DNA of 64,000 nucleotides from an uncultured delta proteobacterium (GCA_963727625.1 CAVSHR010000014.1:32889-96888); one strand, 5' to 3'; shown: positions 1 to 11,505, numbered from the stretch's first letter. The notes: generated by a model not told the origin, from the letters alone. Program-made: numbers and translations.

Positions 1-885
1 ATTCGCATCGACGTCTCGGCGACCAAGAGCCCGCTCGCCAGCCTCAATTTTGTTACGCTTAAAATCAAAGACGCGATATGCGACAAGATCCGCCGGCTTT
101 CGGGTCGCCGTCCCGGCGTCGATACCCGCGCGCCCGACATTCCGATTCAGGGCCACTTGACCGATCGCGAATTTACCCTCTATCTCGATACAACCGGCGA
201 GCCGCTCTTCAAGCGCGGCCAGCGCCTGGCCACCGGCGAGGCGCCGCTCAGGGAAAATCTCGCCGCGGGGATTCTACGTCTCGCCGCTTGGACGCCCGGC
301 ACGCCGCTCCTCGATCCCATGTGCGGGAGCGGTACGATCCTGCGCGAAGCGGCGCTTATGGCGCTGGATGTTGCGCCCGGTTTAGGGCGCCACTTTGCGT
401 TCGAAAAATATAAAAATTTTGACGGGTGGCGCTGGCGCGAGTTGTTGCAGCGAAGAGCCGCGCGGCAGAAGCCCGGAGCGCCGCTGCCGATTTATGGCAG
501 TGATCTATCCGGCGATGTGCTCAAAACGGCACATGCCAATTTCAGGGCGGCCGGTTTGGAGGACGTGGTCAAACTCAAACGGGCCGACGTCCTGGACCTC
601 ACTGCGCCGGCGAAGGAAGGCATCATCGTCACCAATCCGCCCTACGGCGTGCGCCTGGGTGAACAGCAGCAACTGGCCGAGTTTTATCCCAAGCTCGGCG
701 ACCTATTGAAGCAGCAATTCAGCGGCTGGCGCGCCTATCTGCTGAGCGCCGACATGCGCCTGCCGAAACTCATTCGCCTCGCCGCCTCCAAGCGCACGCC
801 GCTCTTCAACGGGGCGCTGGAATGCCGCCTGTTCGAGTACAAGCTGGTAGAGGGTGAAATGCGGAAGAACAAAGTTAAACAGTGA
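1..885 (+). CDS. THUMP-domain class I SAM-dependent rRNA methyltransferase (RlmL-like), 5'-truncated by window edge
   Basis: Frame is open from base 1 (IRIDVSATKSPLASLNFVTLKIKDAICD...). Motifs GEAPLRENLAA, DPMCGSGT and NPPYG are present. Confidence 0.9.
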   Translation: MRIDVSATKSPLASLNFVTLKIKDAICDKIRRLSGRRPGVDTRAPDIPIQGHLTDREFTLYLDTTGEPLFKRGQRLATGEAPLRENLAAGILRLAAWTPGTPLLDPMCGSGTILREAALMALDVAPGLGRHFAFEKYKNFDGWRWRELLQRRAARQKPGAPLPIYGSDLSGDVLKTAHANFRAAGLEDVVKLKRADVLDLTAPAKEGIIVTNPPYGVRLGEQQQLAEFYPKLGDLLKQQFSGWRAYLLSADMRLPKLIRLAASKRTPLFNGALECRLFEYKLVEGEMRKNKVKQ

Positions 886-969
886 GCTGTTCTCTGATGC
901 TTGTCGCGTTGTTGCTTGTTCCCATTGAAACGCGTTGAACGTATTGATCGATTCTCGCGTCTTGAATTC

Positions 970-2265
970 CTAGATGATCGTCCCATCCGGAATGGTTGCG
1001 TTCTTGATGATGACGACGATGCCGTTCTGGATGACAAAGCCGAGATCTTCCCGGCTGCCTTCCATGACTTCCTCTTTATTTACAATCTGAACGTTGCGGC
1101 CGATGCGCGCGTTTTTGTCGACGATCGCTTTGCGGATCGTCGTATTGGCGCCGACGCCTAAAGGGACGTTACCGCTTTCCAGGCATTGCAATCGTTCGGC
1201 TGGCGACTCGTAAAAGTCCGATCCCATTAAAAGCGTGTTATCGATGACACAGCCGGTTTCAATGCGCGAGCGAATGCCTATGACCGATCGCTTGACGGTG
1301 CACTCCTTCAGAATGCAGCCTTCACCAACCATCGATTCAATGACTTTACTGTCGAGCAACTTCGTCGGCGGCAGATAGCGTGAGCGCGTGTAGATGGGCG
1401 CCTTTTCGTCGTAAAAGCTGAAAGGCGGAACGGGCTGCTCGGTGAGGGCGAGATTGGCGTGGTAAAACGCTTCGACAGTCCCAATATCTTCCCAGTAGTC
1501 GTTGAAAAGATAGGCCTGCACATTGTGGCCGCTTAACGCCGCAGGCAGAATCTCCCTGCCAAAATCCGTTCGATTGGGATCGTGGCTCAATAAATCGTGC
1601 AACACCTGCTTTTCAAAAACGTAGATGCCCATGGAAGCGATATAAGGTGAATTCTTTGCATCTTCAGCAGGCAGGCCGAGAACGCTCGTGTCCACGCGCA
1701 TGGACCTGAGCGCTTGGCCTTTGGGCTTTTCGCTAAACTCCGTCACGCGCCCTGTATTGTCGATCTTCATCAATCCGAAGTCGGAAGCCCGACCCTCATC
1801 CACTGGGACTACCGATATCGTGATGTCGGCTTTCGTTTCTCGATGACGGTGGATAAAATCGGCGTAATTCATCCGGTACAAATGGTCGCCGGATAGAATC
1901 AAATACTGATCGACGTCCCACTCCGCGAATAGCCACAGATACTTGCGCACCGCGTCGGCGGTCCCTTCAAACCAACTCGGGCTTTCCTGTGTCTGCTGAG
2001 CTGCGAGCACCTCGACAAAACCCGGAGAGAAGCCTGTGCTGGCCATGGCGTAAGTGCGAGCGATATGCCGGTTGAGAGACGCCGAGTTAAATTGCGTTAG
2101 AACATAAATACGATGGATTTCAGAGTTGATGCAGTTACTGATGGGAATATCGATCAAGCGATACTTGCCGGCCAGGGGCACCGCCGGCTTGGCGCGTAAC
2201 TTTGTCAACGGATACAGACGAGTCCCGGCGCCACCGCCCAAAATGATCGCCAATACTTTTTTCAC
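970..2265 (-). CDS. glgC: Glucose-1-phosphate adenylyltransferase (ADP-glucose pyrophosphorylase)
   Basis: [42 protein letters not shown]. Probable GTG start at 2265; the ORF track extends to 2331. Confidence 0.97.
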   Translation of the reverse strand: MKKVLAIILGGGAGTRLYPLTKLRAKPAVPLAGKYRLIDIPISNCINSEIHRIYVLTQFNSASLNRHIARTYAMASTGFSPGFVEVLAAQQTQESPSWFEGTADAVRKYLWLFAEWDVDQYLILSGDHLYRMNYADFIHRHRETKADITISVVPVDEGRASDFGLMKIDNTGRVTEFSEKPKGQALRSMRVDTSVLGLPAEDAKNSPYIASMGIYVFEKQVLHDLLSHDPNRTDFGREILPAALSGHNVQAYLFNDYWEDIGTVEAFYHANLALTEQPVPPFSFYDEKAPIYTRSRYLPPTKLLDSKVIESMVGEGCILKECTVKRSVIGIRSRIETGCVIDNTLLMGSDFYESPAERLQCLESGNVPLGVGANTTIRKAIVDKNARIGRNVQIVNKEEVMEGSREDLGFVIQNGIVVIIKNATIPDGTII

Positions 2266-2659
2266 GAAGCCGCCTTCATGATGCCCTTTTTTGTCTGAAA
2301 AAAGATCCCGCTCGATTGCGTTGTTTCTCACACAATATTCAACGAAGTACGGCTAAGTCAACCTCGCAGGGAAGGGACGCGGCGTTGTAAGGGTAGGTGT
2401 CGCGAATCACCGACTCCGAGCTCTGAGCGGTGGGTTCGTGAAGCATGTTTGACGGGGCTGACGGGCTATCATTACCAATCGCTTATGCTATACTTACAAA
2501 AGATGTAACTATTGGCGTCCCGAAGTCCAATCAGAGCATGCTCGGTCCAATCTTGACCGGGTTTCAACGAGGCGGTCCCTATGGGTACCGCCTTTTTGCG
2601 TTTAGAGCCCGGAAATCAGCGCGGGAGCTGGAACCCATGCGATCAACGAGAGGTTACTC

Positions 2660-4945
2660 ATGAACCGGTATGCGAAGCATTCAGATAACGATCGAATTGC
2701 CTTTATTGGTAACTACTTGCCGCGCCAATGCGGCATTGCCACGTTTACGACAGACCTATGTGAGGCGATCGCCGCCGAACAGCCAGCCGCAACCTGCATT
2801 GCCCTGCCGGTAAACGACATCGAAGGCGGCTATGCCTACCCGTCACGGGTTCGTTTCGAGCTGGTGGAAAGAGACATAGACTCTTATCTCCGCGCCGCCG
2901 ATTTTTTGAATATCAATAGCGTAGATGTCGTGTCCCTGCAGTTCGAATACGGCATATTCGGCGGCCGGGCGGGCAGTCATATTTTGGCATTGCTACGCGA
3001 GTTGCGCATGCCCATCGTCACGACGTTTCACACGATTCTGCGTGAACCGGATACGCAGCAGCGCCGGGTCCTGGAAGAGGTGGCGGCGCTGTCGGATCGC
3101 TTGGTCGTCATGAGCGAATGCGGCGCAACGTTCTTGCGCGAGATTTATCGCGTTTCACCAGAGAAGATCGATCTGATCCCGCATGGAATTCCCGATCTAC
3201 CCTTCGTTGATCCTGGCTTTCATAAAGACCTCTTCGGCGTCGAAGGCAAAGTCGTCTTGCTCAGTTTCGGCTTGCTGTCGGCCAACAAAGGCATCGAAAA
3301 TGTTATCGCGGCCCTGCCGGCGATTCTCGCCAAGCACCCCAACGTGGTGTATTTCATCGTCGGCGCTACCCACCCGCAGGTGAAGCAGCAGGACGGTGAA
3401 ACCTATCGTTTATCCTTGCAGTGGCTCGCCCAGGAAAAAGGCGTCGAGGGCCAAGTCATTTTTTACAATCAGTTTGTCACGTTGGAAGAACTGGTCGAGT
3501 TCATCGGCGCGGCCGATATTTATATCACGCCCTATCAGAACCCGGCACAAATCGTTTCGGGTACGCTGGCCTATACTCTCGGCGCGGGCAAGGCCGTCAT
3601 CTCGACGCCCTATTGGTACGCCGAAGAAATGCTGGCCGACGAACGGGGCGTGCTGGTGCCGTTCCGCGATCCCGCGGCGTTGGCGGCGCAAGTCATTGAC
3701 CTATTGGACAACGAGGCTAAGCGCCACGCCATGCGCAAGCGCGCTTATATGTTCGGACGGGCAATGATCTGGCCGCAGGTAGCGCGCCGCTATCTGGAGA
3801 GTTTTGCGCGAGCCCGCGCCGAAAAACGCCATTTCACTCCCAATAGTTTCGCCGTTAAGCCGCTCGACCAGCGGCCGGCGGAACTTCCTCCGCTTAAACT
3901 GGATCACTTGCGGCGCATGACCGATGATACCGGCATGTTGCAACACGCTCTCTTTACTGTGCCGAACTACCGTGAAGGGTACACCGTCGATGATAACGCG
4001 CGCGCTCTGCTGGTGAGCGCTCTGCTGGAAGATCTGGGGCACTCGGATTTTTACGAGCTGACGTCTCGCTATCTGGCTTTTATTGGCTACGCTTTCAACT
4101 CCGAAACCAAGCGGTTTCGTAATTTCATGGACTTCCAGCGCCACTGGCTGGAAGACCGCGGCTCAGACGATAGCCACGGCCGCACCTTATGGTCATTGGG
4201 CACACAATTGGGCCGTTCCAAAGTGCCGGCGCTCAATAGTATGGCTGGCGGGCTTTTTGAGCAGGCCTTGCCGGCGATTATCGACACGACGAGCCCGCGG
4301 GCTTGGGCTTTCGCCCTCATCGGTATTCACGAATATCTGCGTCGGTTTGGCGGCGACCGCAGGGCCGGCCACGTGCGCGAGGAATTGGCCGGGCGGCTGC
4401 TCACGTTGTATCAAGCGAATCGGTCGGACAAATGGTGCTGGTTTGAAGAAAGCCTGAGTTATTGCAACGCCGCGCTGCCCCATGCCTTGCTGATGTGCGG
4501 TCAATCGATACCGAACAGCACCATGAACGACGCCGCGCTCGAGTCCCTCAGCTGGCTCGCTGCTATTCAGCGAGACAAGACGAACGGCGGTCATTTTGTG
4601 CCGATCGGCTCCAACGGTTTTTATCAGCGCGGCGGTGACCGAGCCCGCTTCGATCAACAGCCGGTCGAGGCTCAAGGCATGGTATCCGCTTGTCTCGAAG
4701 CGCTTCGGATAACGGGTGACAAGAACTGGTATAAAGAGGCGCGCCGCGCTTTCGACTGGTTCCTCGGGCGCAACGATCTCAATCTTCCCATCTACGACCC
4801 AACGACGGGCGGTTGTCGCGATGGTTTGCATGCCGACCGCCCTAACGAAAATCAAGGCGCAGAGTCTTGCCTGGCCTTTCTCCAGGCCGCGCTGGAACTG
4901 CGACTGGCCGAGAATACGCTCTTGACCGTGGAGGCGGGATCTTAA
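2660..4945 (+). CDS. Glycosyltransferase family 4 protein with C-terminal six-hairpin-like domain
   Basis: NYLPRQCGIATFT, KGIE, SGTLAY GT-B motifs. C-terminal TDDTGMLQHA, DDNARAL, FDQQPVE and NQGAES motifs. Confidence 0.9.
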   Translation: MNRYAKHSDNDRIAFIGNYLPRQCGIATFTTDLCEAIAAEQPAATCIALPVNDIEGGYAYPSRVRFELVERDIDSYLRAADFLNINSVDVVSLQFEYGIFGGRAGSHILALLRELRMPIVTTFHTILREPDTQQRRVLEEVAALSDRLVVMSECGATFLREIYRVSPEKIDLIPHGIPDLPFVDPGFHKDLFGVEGKVVLLSFGLLSANKGIENVIAALPAILAKHPNVVYFIVGATHPQVKQQDGETYRLSLQWLAQEKGVEGQVIFYNQFVTLEELVEFIGAADIYITPYQNPAQIVSGTLAYTLGAGKAVISTPYWYAEEMLADERGVLVPFRDPAALAAQVIDLLDNEAKRHAMRKRAYMFGRAMIWPQVARRYLESFARARAEKRHFTPNSFAVKPLDQRPAELPPLKLDHLRRMTDDTGMLQHALFTVPNYREGYTVDDNARALLVSALLEDLGHSDFYELTSRYLAFIGYAFNSETKRFRNFMDFQRHWLEDRGSDDSHGRTLWSLGTQLGRSKVPALNSMAGGLFEQALPAIIDTTSPRAWAFALIGIHEYLRRFGGDRRAGHVREELAGRLLTLYQANRSDKWCWFEESLSYCNAALPHALLMCGQSIPNSTMNDAALESLSWLAAIQRDKTNGGHFVPIGSNGFYQRGGDRARFDQQPVEAQGMVSACLEALRITGDKNWYKEARRAFDWFLGRNDLNLPIYDPTTGGCRDGLHADRPNENQGAESCLAFLQAALELRLAENTLLTVEAGS

Positions 4946-5886
4946 TGACCGCTCAACATGGCGAACTCTTCGAGCGTTGCCAGCTCAATCCCATTTTAAC
5001 CGCGGCCGATTGGCCGTATCGGGTCAATAGCGTTTTCAACCCTGGCGCGACATTGCTGGCGGACGGAACAACCCTTCTGTTATGCCGTGTAGAAGATCAC
5101 CGCGGACATTCTCATTTTTCCGTCGCTCGCTCGGTCAACGGCGTGGATGATTGGCAAATTGATTCCCGGCCGACGCTGCCGGCCGATCCCGAACATTTCC
5201 CGGAAGAATTGTGGGGAATCGAAGATCCGCGCATCACGTATATCGACGAACTCAAGAAATATGCCGTCGTCTATACAGCGTACACGCGGGACGGCCCTGG
5301 CGTATCGCTGGCGCTCACGGAGGATTTTTGCAACTTCGAGCGCTATGGCGTGATTATGCCCCCGGAAGACAAAGACGCGGCCCTACTTCCTCATCGCATC
5401 GGCGGTCAGTGGGCTTTGATCCATCGTCCGGTCAGTGCGCCGCGCGCGCATATGTGGATCTCCTTTTCCGAGAACCTATGTCACTGGGGTCGCCATAAGC
5501 TGATGCTCGAGGCGCGCCGCGGCGCCTGGTGGGACGCGAACAAAATCGGCTTGTCGCCGCCGCCCATAGAAACAGCTCAAGGATGGTTGGTGATTTATCA
5601 CGGCGTGCGTCAGACGGCCGCCGGCGCGATTTACCGGTTGGGACTGGCGCTCTTTGATTTGCTTAAGCCGGAAGTTTGCCTCAAACGAAGCAACGAGTGG
5701 GTCTTCGCGCCGCAAACACCCTATGAGCAGCGCGGTGATGTCGACAACGTTGTCTTCCCCTGCGGCACGACCATCGCTCCCGACGGCGACACCCTTCGTC
5801 TCTATTACGGCGCGGCAGACACGAGCATCGCGATGGCGACGGGCAGCATCCGCGGAATGCTCGAGCGGTTGGAGAAAAGTAGCTGA
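4945..5886 (+). CDS. Glycoside hydrolase family 130 (mannoside phosphorylase/glycosidase-like)
   Basis: VFNPGA, GIEDPRI, DKDAAL, LIHRP, IYHGV, VVFPCG, YYGAAD. TAATG stop/start coupling with the GT4 gene. Confidence 0.9.
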   Translation: MTAQHGELFERCQLNPILTAADWPYRVNSVFNPGATLLADGTTLLLCRVEDHRGHSHFSVARSVNGVDDWQIDSRPTLPADPEHFPEELWGIEDPRITYIDELKKYAVVYTAYTRDGPGVSLALTEDFCNFERYGVIMPPEDKDAALLPHRIGGQWALIHRPVSAPRAHMWISFSENLCHWGRHKLMLEARRGAWWDANKIGLSPPPIETAQGWLVIYHGVRQTAAGAIYRLGLALFDLLKPEVCLKRSNEWVFAPQTPYEQRGDVDNVVFPCGTTIAPDGDTLRLYYGAADTSIAMATGSIRGMLERLEKSS

Positions 5887-5934
5887 AGAAAACGTCCGAA
5901 ATGTTTAGGCTGGGAAGGTTCAGAGGAGGCTCGA

Positions 5935-6471
5935 ATGACGTTCGGTATCGGAGAAAAAGTTGTTTATCCGTCTCAAGGGCCCTGCTTGATCGGCGGGGTG
6001 GAAAATAAAGTCGTGAGCGGTCGGCCGACGAGCTTTTACCGATTGACGTTGTTGGACGATAGCGGCGACGCAGTTTTTGTCCCGGTAGACAAGGTCAGGG
6101 CCCTGCGTATCCGGCAGTTACTGACCAAAGCGGAAGTTCCGAAGCTGCTGAGCCAATTAGAAAATTCGATGACAACGGCTAAGAACTGGAAGCAGCGGGC
6201 CATCGACAATGCCAAACTGCTCAGCTCAGGGTCGGCGTTCGACCTGGCCGAAATCGTTGAGTCCCTCACTGAGTTGAACAAGACCAAAGCGCTGACGCCG
6301 CGCGACCGACAAACACTGGATAAGGCGAGAAAGTTCCTGATTTGCGAGATCGCCGAAGCGATGGGAGAGGCCAGAAGTACGGCGGAAGAATACGTAGACA
6401 AGGCTCTCGGACTGCAAAGGCAGGGCTTGGGCGACCCGAAGGAAGACAGGGTTACAGCGAATCATTCTTAA
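5935..6471 (+). CDS. CarD/TRCF-like family transcriptional regulator
   Basis: FGIGEKVVYPSQG...VFVPV...NWKQR...LICEIA pattern; GAGGAGG RBS. Confidence 0.85.
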   Translation: MTFGIGEKVVYPSQGPCLIGGVENKVVSGRPTSFYRLTLLDDSGDAVFVPVDKVRALRIRQLLTKAEVPKLLSQLENSMTTAKNWKQRAIDNAKLLSSGSAFDLAEIVESLTELNKTKALTPRDRQTLDKARKFLICEIAEAMGEARSTAEEYVDKALGLQRQGLGDPKEDRVTANHS

Positions 6472-6604
6472 GTCGATGGAAGCCGTAAGCGTCGTCAATT
6501 CACGATTGCCGGAGGGTGATCGCCATTAGCTTCTGGGTTAGCCAAGAGCCCCGGACATTACACGAGATCGCTTCGTATGCGGCTTAGCCAACGCCGCATT
6601 AATT

Positions 6605-7663
6605 TTGAGAGAACTAAGGTATTGGATGATCAACGATATAGTTTCTGACACGAATTCGGCGGAACCGGAGATGGTTAAATCCGCTTGGTATCGGACCACC
6701 GCCAAGTATGGTCGTTCGAATCTGCGCAAATCGCGCTGGCAACTCTTCGACACGTTTGTTCCTTATTTCGCGCTATGGGCGTTAATGGTCTATACGATTC
6801 GAGAGGGATTTTCCTATTGGATCACTCTGAGCCTTGCCTTAGTGGCAGGCGGCATCCTGGTACGGATTTTCATTCTGTTCCACGATTGCTGTCATGGTTC
6901 TTTCTTTGCGTCGCGCCGTGCAAACGCAATCCTGGGCTATGTCACCGGTATTCTAACGTTCACGCCGTTTGACGACTGGCGGCATGCGCATAACCGCCAT
7001 CATGCTACGGCGGGAAATTTGGACCGGCGGGGAATTGGCGATATCTGGACGATGACAACGAAGGAATATGCGGCGTCGTCGACGGGAAAAAAAGTCGCCT
7101 ACCGGTTTTATCGGAATCCGTTTGTATTGTTCGGTCCAGGGTCGCTGGTTCTGTTTCTGGTCCTGCAGCGATTTTCCAAGCGAGGCGCGGCTAGGAGAGA
7201 GCGGATGAGCGTCGTTGCTACCAACGCGGCGCTATCGCTCGTTGTCGCCGCGGCAATCTGGACGATCGGATTTTGGACCTATCTATTAATTCAGCTGCCC
7301 GTCCTGCTGATTGGCGGCGGAGTCGGACTCTGGTTGTTCTACGTCCAGCATCAATTTGAGAATGCCTATTGGGTGCGCCAAGAATCCTGGGATCCGATGA
7401 GAGTGGCGCTGGAGGGCAGCTCGTATTTCAAACTGCCGAAAATTCTCCAGTGGTTTACCGGCAATATCGGTCTGCATCACGTACACCATGTTCGACCGAG
7501 CATTCCCAATTACAACCTGCAACGATGCCACGATGAAGTGCCGGCTCTAGCGGCGGTCCACGCGATTACCTTCGAGACCAGTATCCGATCGCTGAGGCTC
7601 GGTCTGTATGACGAGACGCAAAAAAAACTTGTGACCTTTCGTTCCTTGGCGACGGCCGCTTAG
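6605..7663 (+). CDS. Membrane fatty acid desaturase (Des-like); start may be 6626 or 6671
   Basis: Three His boxes HDCCH, HNRHH and HHVHH, plus YVQHQF. Confidence 0.92.
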   Translation: MRELRYWMINDIVSDTNSAEPEMVKSAWYRTTAKYGRSNLRKSRWQLFDTFVPYFALWALMVYTIREGFSYWITLSLALVAGGILVRIFILFHDCCHGSFFASRRANAILGYVTGILTFTPFDDWRHAHNRHHATAGNLDRRGIGDIWTMTTKEYAASSTGKKVAYRFYRNPFVLFGPGSLVLFLVLQRFSKRGAARRERMSVVATNAALSLVVAAAIWTIGFWTYLLIQLPVLLIGGGVGLWLFYVQHQFENAYWVRQESWDPMRVALEGSSYFKLPKILQWFTGNIGLHHVHHVRPSIPNYNLQRCHDEVPALAAVHAITFETSIRSLRLGLYDETQKKLVTFRSLATAA

Positions 7664-7855
7664 GCGGTTGGGCGGGACTTGATCTACTGTGCCGACCCAT
7701 ATTTCGGCGCCTGTGTTCCCGAGTCGCTGGAGTGCGGATGGGGTGGACCGAGGAACTACTTTGAGATGATTGGGTAGCGTCACCGCCTGGCTTGCTATCA
7801 CCACTGAATTCACCTACGCTTAAGAGGTAACTACGGCCGTAGGGTTCCCCTCCGT

Positions 7856-7881
7856 GGTTGCTTGAAATCCTTCAAGTAAGC
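7856..7881. repeat. 26-bp imperfect palindrome, copy 1 of 3
   Basis: GGTTGCTTGAA-ATCC-TTCAAGTAAGC; related copies at 39805 and 59200. Confidence 0.6.
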
Positions 7882-8520
7882 CTTCTTTCCTCAGCCCTCC
7901 AATAGTACGGTCGGTAATATCGACCGGAAGGAGCAAGAGAGTGAGTCCGCTACTGGCTATTGCTAATCCCATCGCGTTAACGATCATCGGCATCATGTTG
8001 AACAGTTTTCATGTTGTCCATGACCAGCCGCAATTTTCGCTGGAAACGAATCCGGTCGACAAACTCGCGTCCGAACGGCAAGCGGACTCTCGGTACTTCT
8101 TCTTGCAGAGAGTGCGAATTTTGCAACGCCAAGAAAGAATCGGTCAGTATGGCTGGTTAAATCCTAGCGCGATTCGTCGCATCTTCATGGTTTCTTTACT
8201 CCGACGCTGTCAAGGCTCCTACGGCGTCAAAGCAAGTCCGCTCGATCCAAACCTCCGCGCAAGCCGACAGCGAAGAAGCGGTACTGTCGCTCACGCTTAG
8301 CGATGGCAGTAACGTGAAATATGTCGTCAAAGCATCGGAACCCTATTCTGCGTATGTACCCAAGCGAGATGTGCGCCCTGCAGAAATCGTACATAACTGG
8401 CAACTGGCGAGGGCGGGAACGGCAATCAATGTCGGCGATGCTACGGAGCCTCTGGGCATCGCTCTGAGAATTGCGAACTAAGCGACCGGTTGCCGTGCTT
8501 ATGACGCATGGGAGTGACCG

Positions 8521-8763
8521 ATGAAGAACAGTATTTCCTACAAGAACTGTCTGATTCGCGGCGATTCGTTTCAGCTCGCGCAAAGCTGCGGCTGGATTCC
8601 TCGATATACTTTGACCCGCTCGGACTTCAGGAATCAGTGGAACACCAATCCCTCGCATCACGATCGACTCGACCTGGTTTTCAGGAGCGAAAACGAAGCC
8701 GACAACTTTGCCCTGCAGGACGCCATGCGTTGGATCGATGAGAACTCTCAGCTACAGAGTTAG
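8521..8763 (+). CDS. Hypothetical protein (80 aa)
   Basis: GGGAG RBS, ATG start, plausible globular composition. Confidence 0.6.
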   Translation: MKNSISYKNCLIRGDSFQLAQSCGWIPRYTLTRSDFRNQWNTNPSHHDRLDLVFRSENEADNFALQDAMRWIDENSQLQS

Positions 8764-8790
8764 TACGGGAATCAGGAGGTTTTTACGTCC

Positions 8791-9153
8791 TTGTTGAATC
8801 AATTACTGGAAACGGCACGTCTTTCAGCAACTGAGCAAAAATCGAGAGCGCCGCGGGTTACGATCGTGGACGAAAATTACGATAGGAGCTCCGTGCGACT
8901 GCGTGAAGATACAAGGGGGCTGAAGAATCTTCAGCTAGAGCTGTTCGGTACTGCATTCTCGCATCCGGCCGATGAGAATCTCCGTCGCGGGGATGCTCGC
9001 AAGATCGACGAACGCCGTAACGGAGTGGAAGTCGCGGGATATCTCCGCCAAGACCGAGCAATCGATTCGAGCAGCGACCTCTACGTGACCAACGACGCGG
9101 CAACGCGCCGGCTCGAAGAGCGGCAAATGGAACTCCATGCAAGGAGCGAATGA
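8791..9153 (+). CDS. Hypothetical protein (120 aa)
   Basis: AGGAGG upstream; no recognised family. Confidence 0.4.
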   Translation: MLNQLLETARLSATEQKSRAPRVTIVDENYDRSSVRLREDTRGLKNLQLELFGTAFSHPADENLRRGDARKIDERRNGVEVAGYLRQDRAIDSSSDLYVTNDAATRRLEERQMELHARSE

Positions 9154-9212
9154 CTACCGATCGCGAAAGCGGTCTTACCATGCCCGGTTGCGCGTTTTCT
9201 TGAAAGGCAGGG

Positions 9213-9430
9213 ATGAAACGCATTGAACACATGTCGCTCTGGGAACGGTTCTATTTCCTCGAGATTGCCCGCGGCCTTGCCGTAGCCGGGCACCGCTTTT
9301 CGCGGAATTTTAGCATCTATATTCTGCATGCTTTCGGTTTGGTGAAAACTTGTCAAGCCGAAGGCAGGCCCAATATTCGGAGGAAAGGGCTCCCTACCCG
9401 GATCCCTTGAGTTCTCCGACTCGAAAGTAG
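9213..9430 (+). pseudogene. Remnant of NADH-quinone oxidoreductase subunit I (NuoI) N-terminus
   Basis: MSLWERFYFLEIARGLAVAGHRFSRN, then [11 protein letters not shown] in another frame. The Fe-S cysteine motifs are absent. Confidence 0.5.
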
Positions 9431-9438
9431 GGTTAAAT

Positions 9439-11505
9439 ATGAGCTTGCCACTTATTTCCGACCGGCAGTTCGCCAAACCGCCGCGCGAGCCCGAGGCGCG
9501 AAACCCTCTGGCGAATTTCATTGCCGGAGTCCGCGCGCGTTACGATGAGAAAAAGAAAAATGCCTCGCCTGAGAAAAATTACCGACCGTCACCGATGTGG
9601 TATTTCTTCGTCACAATTTTTCTTGTGCTAATGATGCAAAATTTCCTTGGCCGCTCACCTGTCGAGATTATCAGCTATAGCCAATTCAAGTCTCTGCTCA
9701 AAAAAGATTTGATCAGCGATTTGATTATTCGCGAGACGACCATCGACGGCAACTTGAAAGGCGGCGCCGCTAAGGAGATTTTCAAGCCGGAGAAACTAAA
9801 AGAAATATCTCCGGAGGTTCTGGCGAGCAAGAAAGTTTTCCGATTCGAAACGGTAAGAGTCGAAGATTCGGGCCTCACGACCGAACTTGAGGCGGCCAAA
9901 ATACCGTTTCGGGGAGAGCTCACCAGCAATTGGCTGCCGACCATCTTATCCTGGTTGGTCCCCGTGGGTTTGTTTTTTCTGCTGTGGAGCTATCTTGGCA
10001 AGAAGATGGGGTCGGCAAGCGGCGGTCTAATGCAAATCGGCAAGAGCAAAGCGAAAGTCTACATCGAGAAAAAAACCGGCGTCACCTTTGCCGACGTAGC
10101 GGGCATCGATGAAGCCGAAGAAGAAGTGGCCGAAGTCGTAGGGTTTCTGAAGGATCCGGATAAATATCAAAGATTGGGCGGGCGTATTCCAAAGGGTGTT
10201 TTGATCGTGGGGCCTCCGGGGACCGGGAAAACCCTGCTCGCCCGCGCTGTCGCGGGCGAGGCCGGTGTTCCATTTTTCAGCCTCTCCGGTTCTGACTTTG
10301 TCGAAATGTTTGTCGGGGTCGGCGCGGCGCGGGTCAGGGATCTTTTTATGCAAGCGGTAAAGAATGCCCCAAGCATCGTCTTCATCGACGAGCTCGATGC
10401 CATAGGAAAAGCACGGGGAGTGAATATGCTCACGGGTAACGACGAGCGCGAACAAACTCTCAATCAGCTCTTGACGGAGATGGACGGGTTCGATCCGAAT
10501 CAAGGGGTCATCATCATGGCCGCTACCAACCGGCCGGAGATCCTCGACGCGGCGCTGCTCCGTCCCGGCCGCTTCGACCGGCAGATCCTGGTGGATCGTC
10601 CCGACATCAAAGGGCGCACGAAAATCCTTCAATTGCACGCGAAGAAGGTGAAGCTCTCGGCTGATCTTGATCTCGCCGTCGTGGCAGCCAAGACTCCAGG
10701 CTTTGTCGGCGCGGATCTCGCCAACATCGTCAACGAAGCGGCCTTGCTGGCGGCGCGCCAGGACAAAGAGTCGATCGATATGACGGAATTTGACGAGGCG
10801 ATCGAACGGGTGGTCGCGGGACTCCAGAAGAAGAGCCATGTCATCAATCCCAAGGAGAAGAAAACTGTCGCCTATCACGAGTCGGGTCACGCACTCTTGG
10901 CCGAGCTCGTGCCGGGCGCTGATCCGGTTTCCAAGATTTCTATTATCCCCCGAGGAATCGCCGCCCTAGGTTATACAACGCAGCTGCCGACGGAAGACCG
11001 CTATCTCATGACACGTTCTGAACTGCTTGCACGCATCGATGTTCTTTTGGGCGGGAGAGTTGCGGAGGAGATCGTCTTCGGCGATGTCTCGACCGGCGCG
11101 CAGAACGACCTGCAGCGAGCCACCGAAATTGCCCGGACCATGATCACCCAATTCGGCATGAGTGAGAAGCTCGGCCTGGCTTCTCTCGAAGGACCGCGCC
11201 ATGCCACGTTCCTGATGATGCCCACTCAAAGTCCCAAAGAGTACAGCGAGGAAACCGCTCGGCTTATCGATGCAGAAGTTAATCAAATACTGTCCGAAGC
11301 GCATATCAAGGCGCGGGAGCTGCTGCTTGCGCACCGCCCCGCGCTGGAGGAATTGGCCAAGCTGCTGCTGGAAAAAGAAGTTGTCGACAGGCCGGCTTTG
11401 CAAGCGATTCTCAAAGTGCGGAGCATCGATAGCCTGAAAGAAAAAAAGCGGTCTGGGGAGCCATCCGGTAAGGAACGCAATCAGACCAACGCTGATCAGG
11501 AATAG
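9439..11505 (+). CDS. ftsH: ATP-dependent zinc metalloprotease FtsH
   Basis: Two TM segments, [19 protein letters not shown] motif [20 protein letters not shown]. Confidence 0.97.
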   Translation: MSLPLISDRQFAKPPREPEARNPLANFIAGVRARYDEKKKNASPEKNYRPSPMWYFFVTIFLVLMMQNFLGRSPVEIISYSQFKSLLKKDLISDLIIRETTIDGNLKGGAAKEIFKPEKLKEISPEVLASKKVFRFETVRVEDSGLTTELEAAKIPFRGELTSNWLPTILSWLVPVGLFFLLWSYLGKKMGSASGGLMQIGKSKAKVYIEKKTGVTFADVAGIDEAEEEVAEVVGFLKDPDKYQRLGGRIPKGVLIVGPPGTGKTLLARAVAGEAGVPFFSLSGSDFVEMFVGVGAARVRDLFMQAVKNAPSIVFIDELDAIGKARGVNMLTGNDEREQTLNQLLTEMDGFDPNQGVIIMAATNRPEILDAALLRPGRFDRQILVDRPDIKGRTKILQLHAKKVKLSADLDLAVVAAKTPGFVGADLANIVNEAALLAARQDKESIDMTEFDEAIERVVAGLQKKSHVINPKEKKTVAYHESGHALLAELVPGADPVSKISIIPRGIAALGYTTQLPTEDRYLMTRSELLARIDVLLGGRVAEEIVFGDVSTGAQNDLQRATEIARTMITQFGMSEKLGLASLEGPRHATFLMMPTQSPKEYSEETARLIDAEVNQILSEAHIKARELLLAHRPALEELAKLLLEKEVVDRPALQAILKVRSIDSLKEKKRSGEPSGKERNQTNADQE

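Noticed and set aside
2545-2557. GTCCAATCTTGAC upstream of GT4 as a Crp-type box
   Set aside because: Spacing is GTC-N7-GAC, one base short, so it was not counted.
7941-8500. ORFs 7941-8300(+) and 8227-8661(-)
   Set aside because: No recognisable motifs or paralogs, so they were left unannotated.
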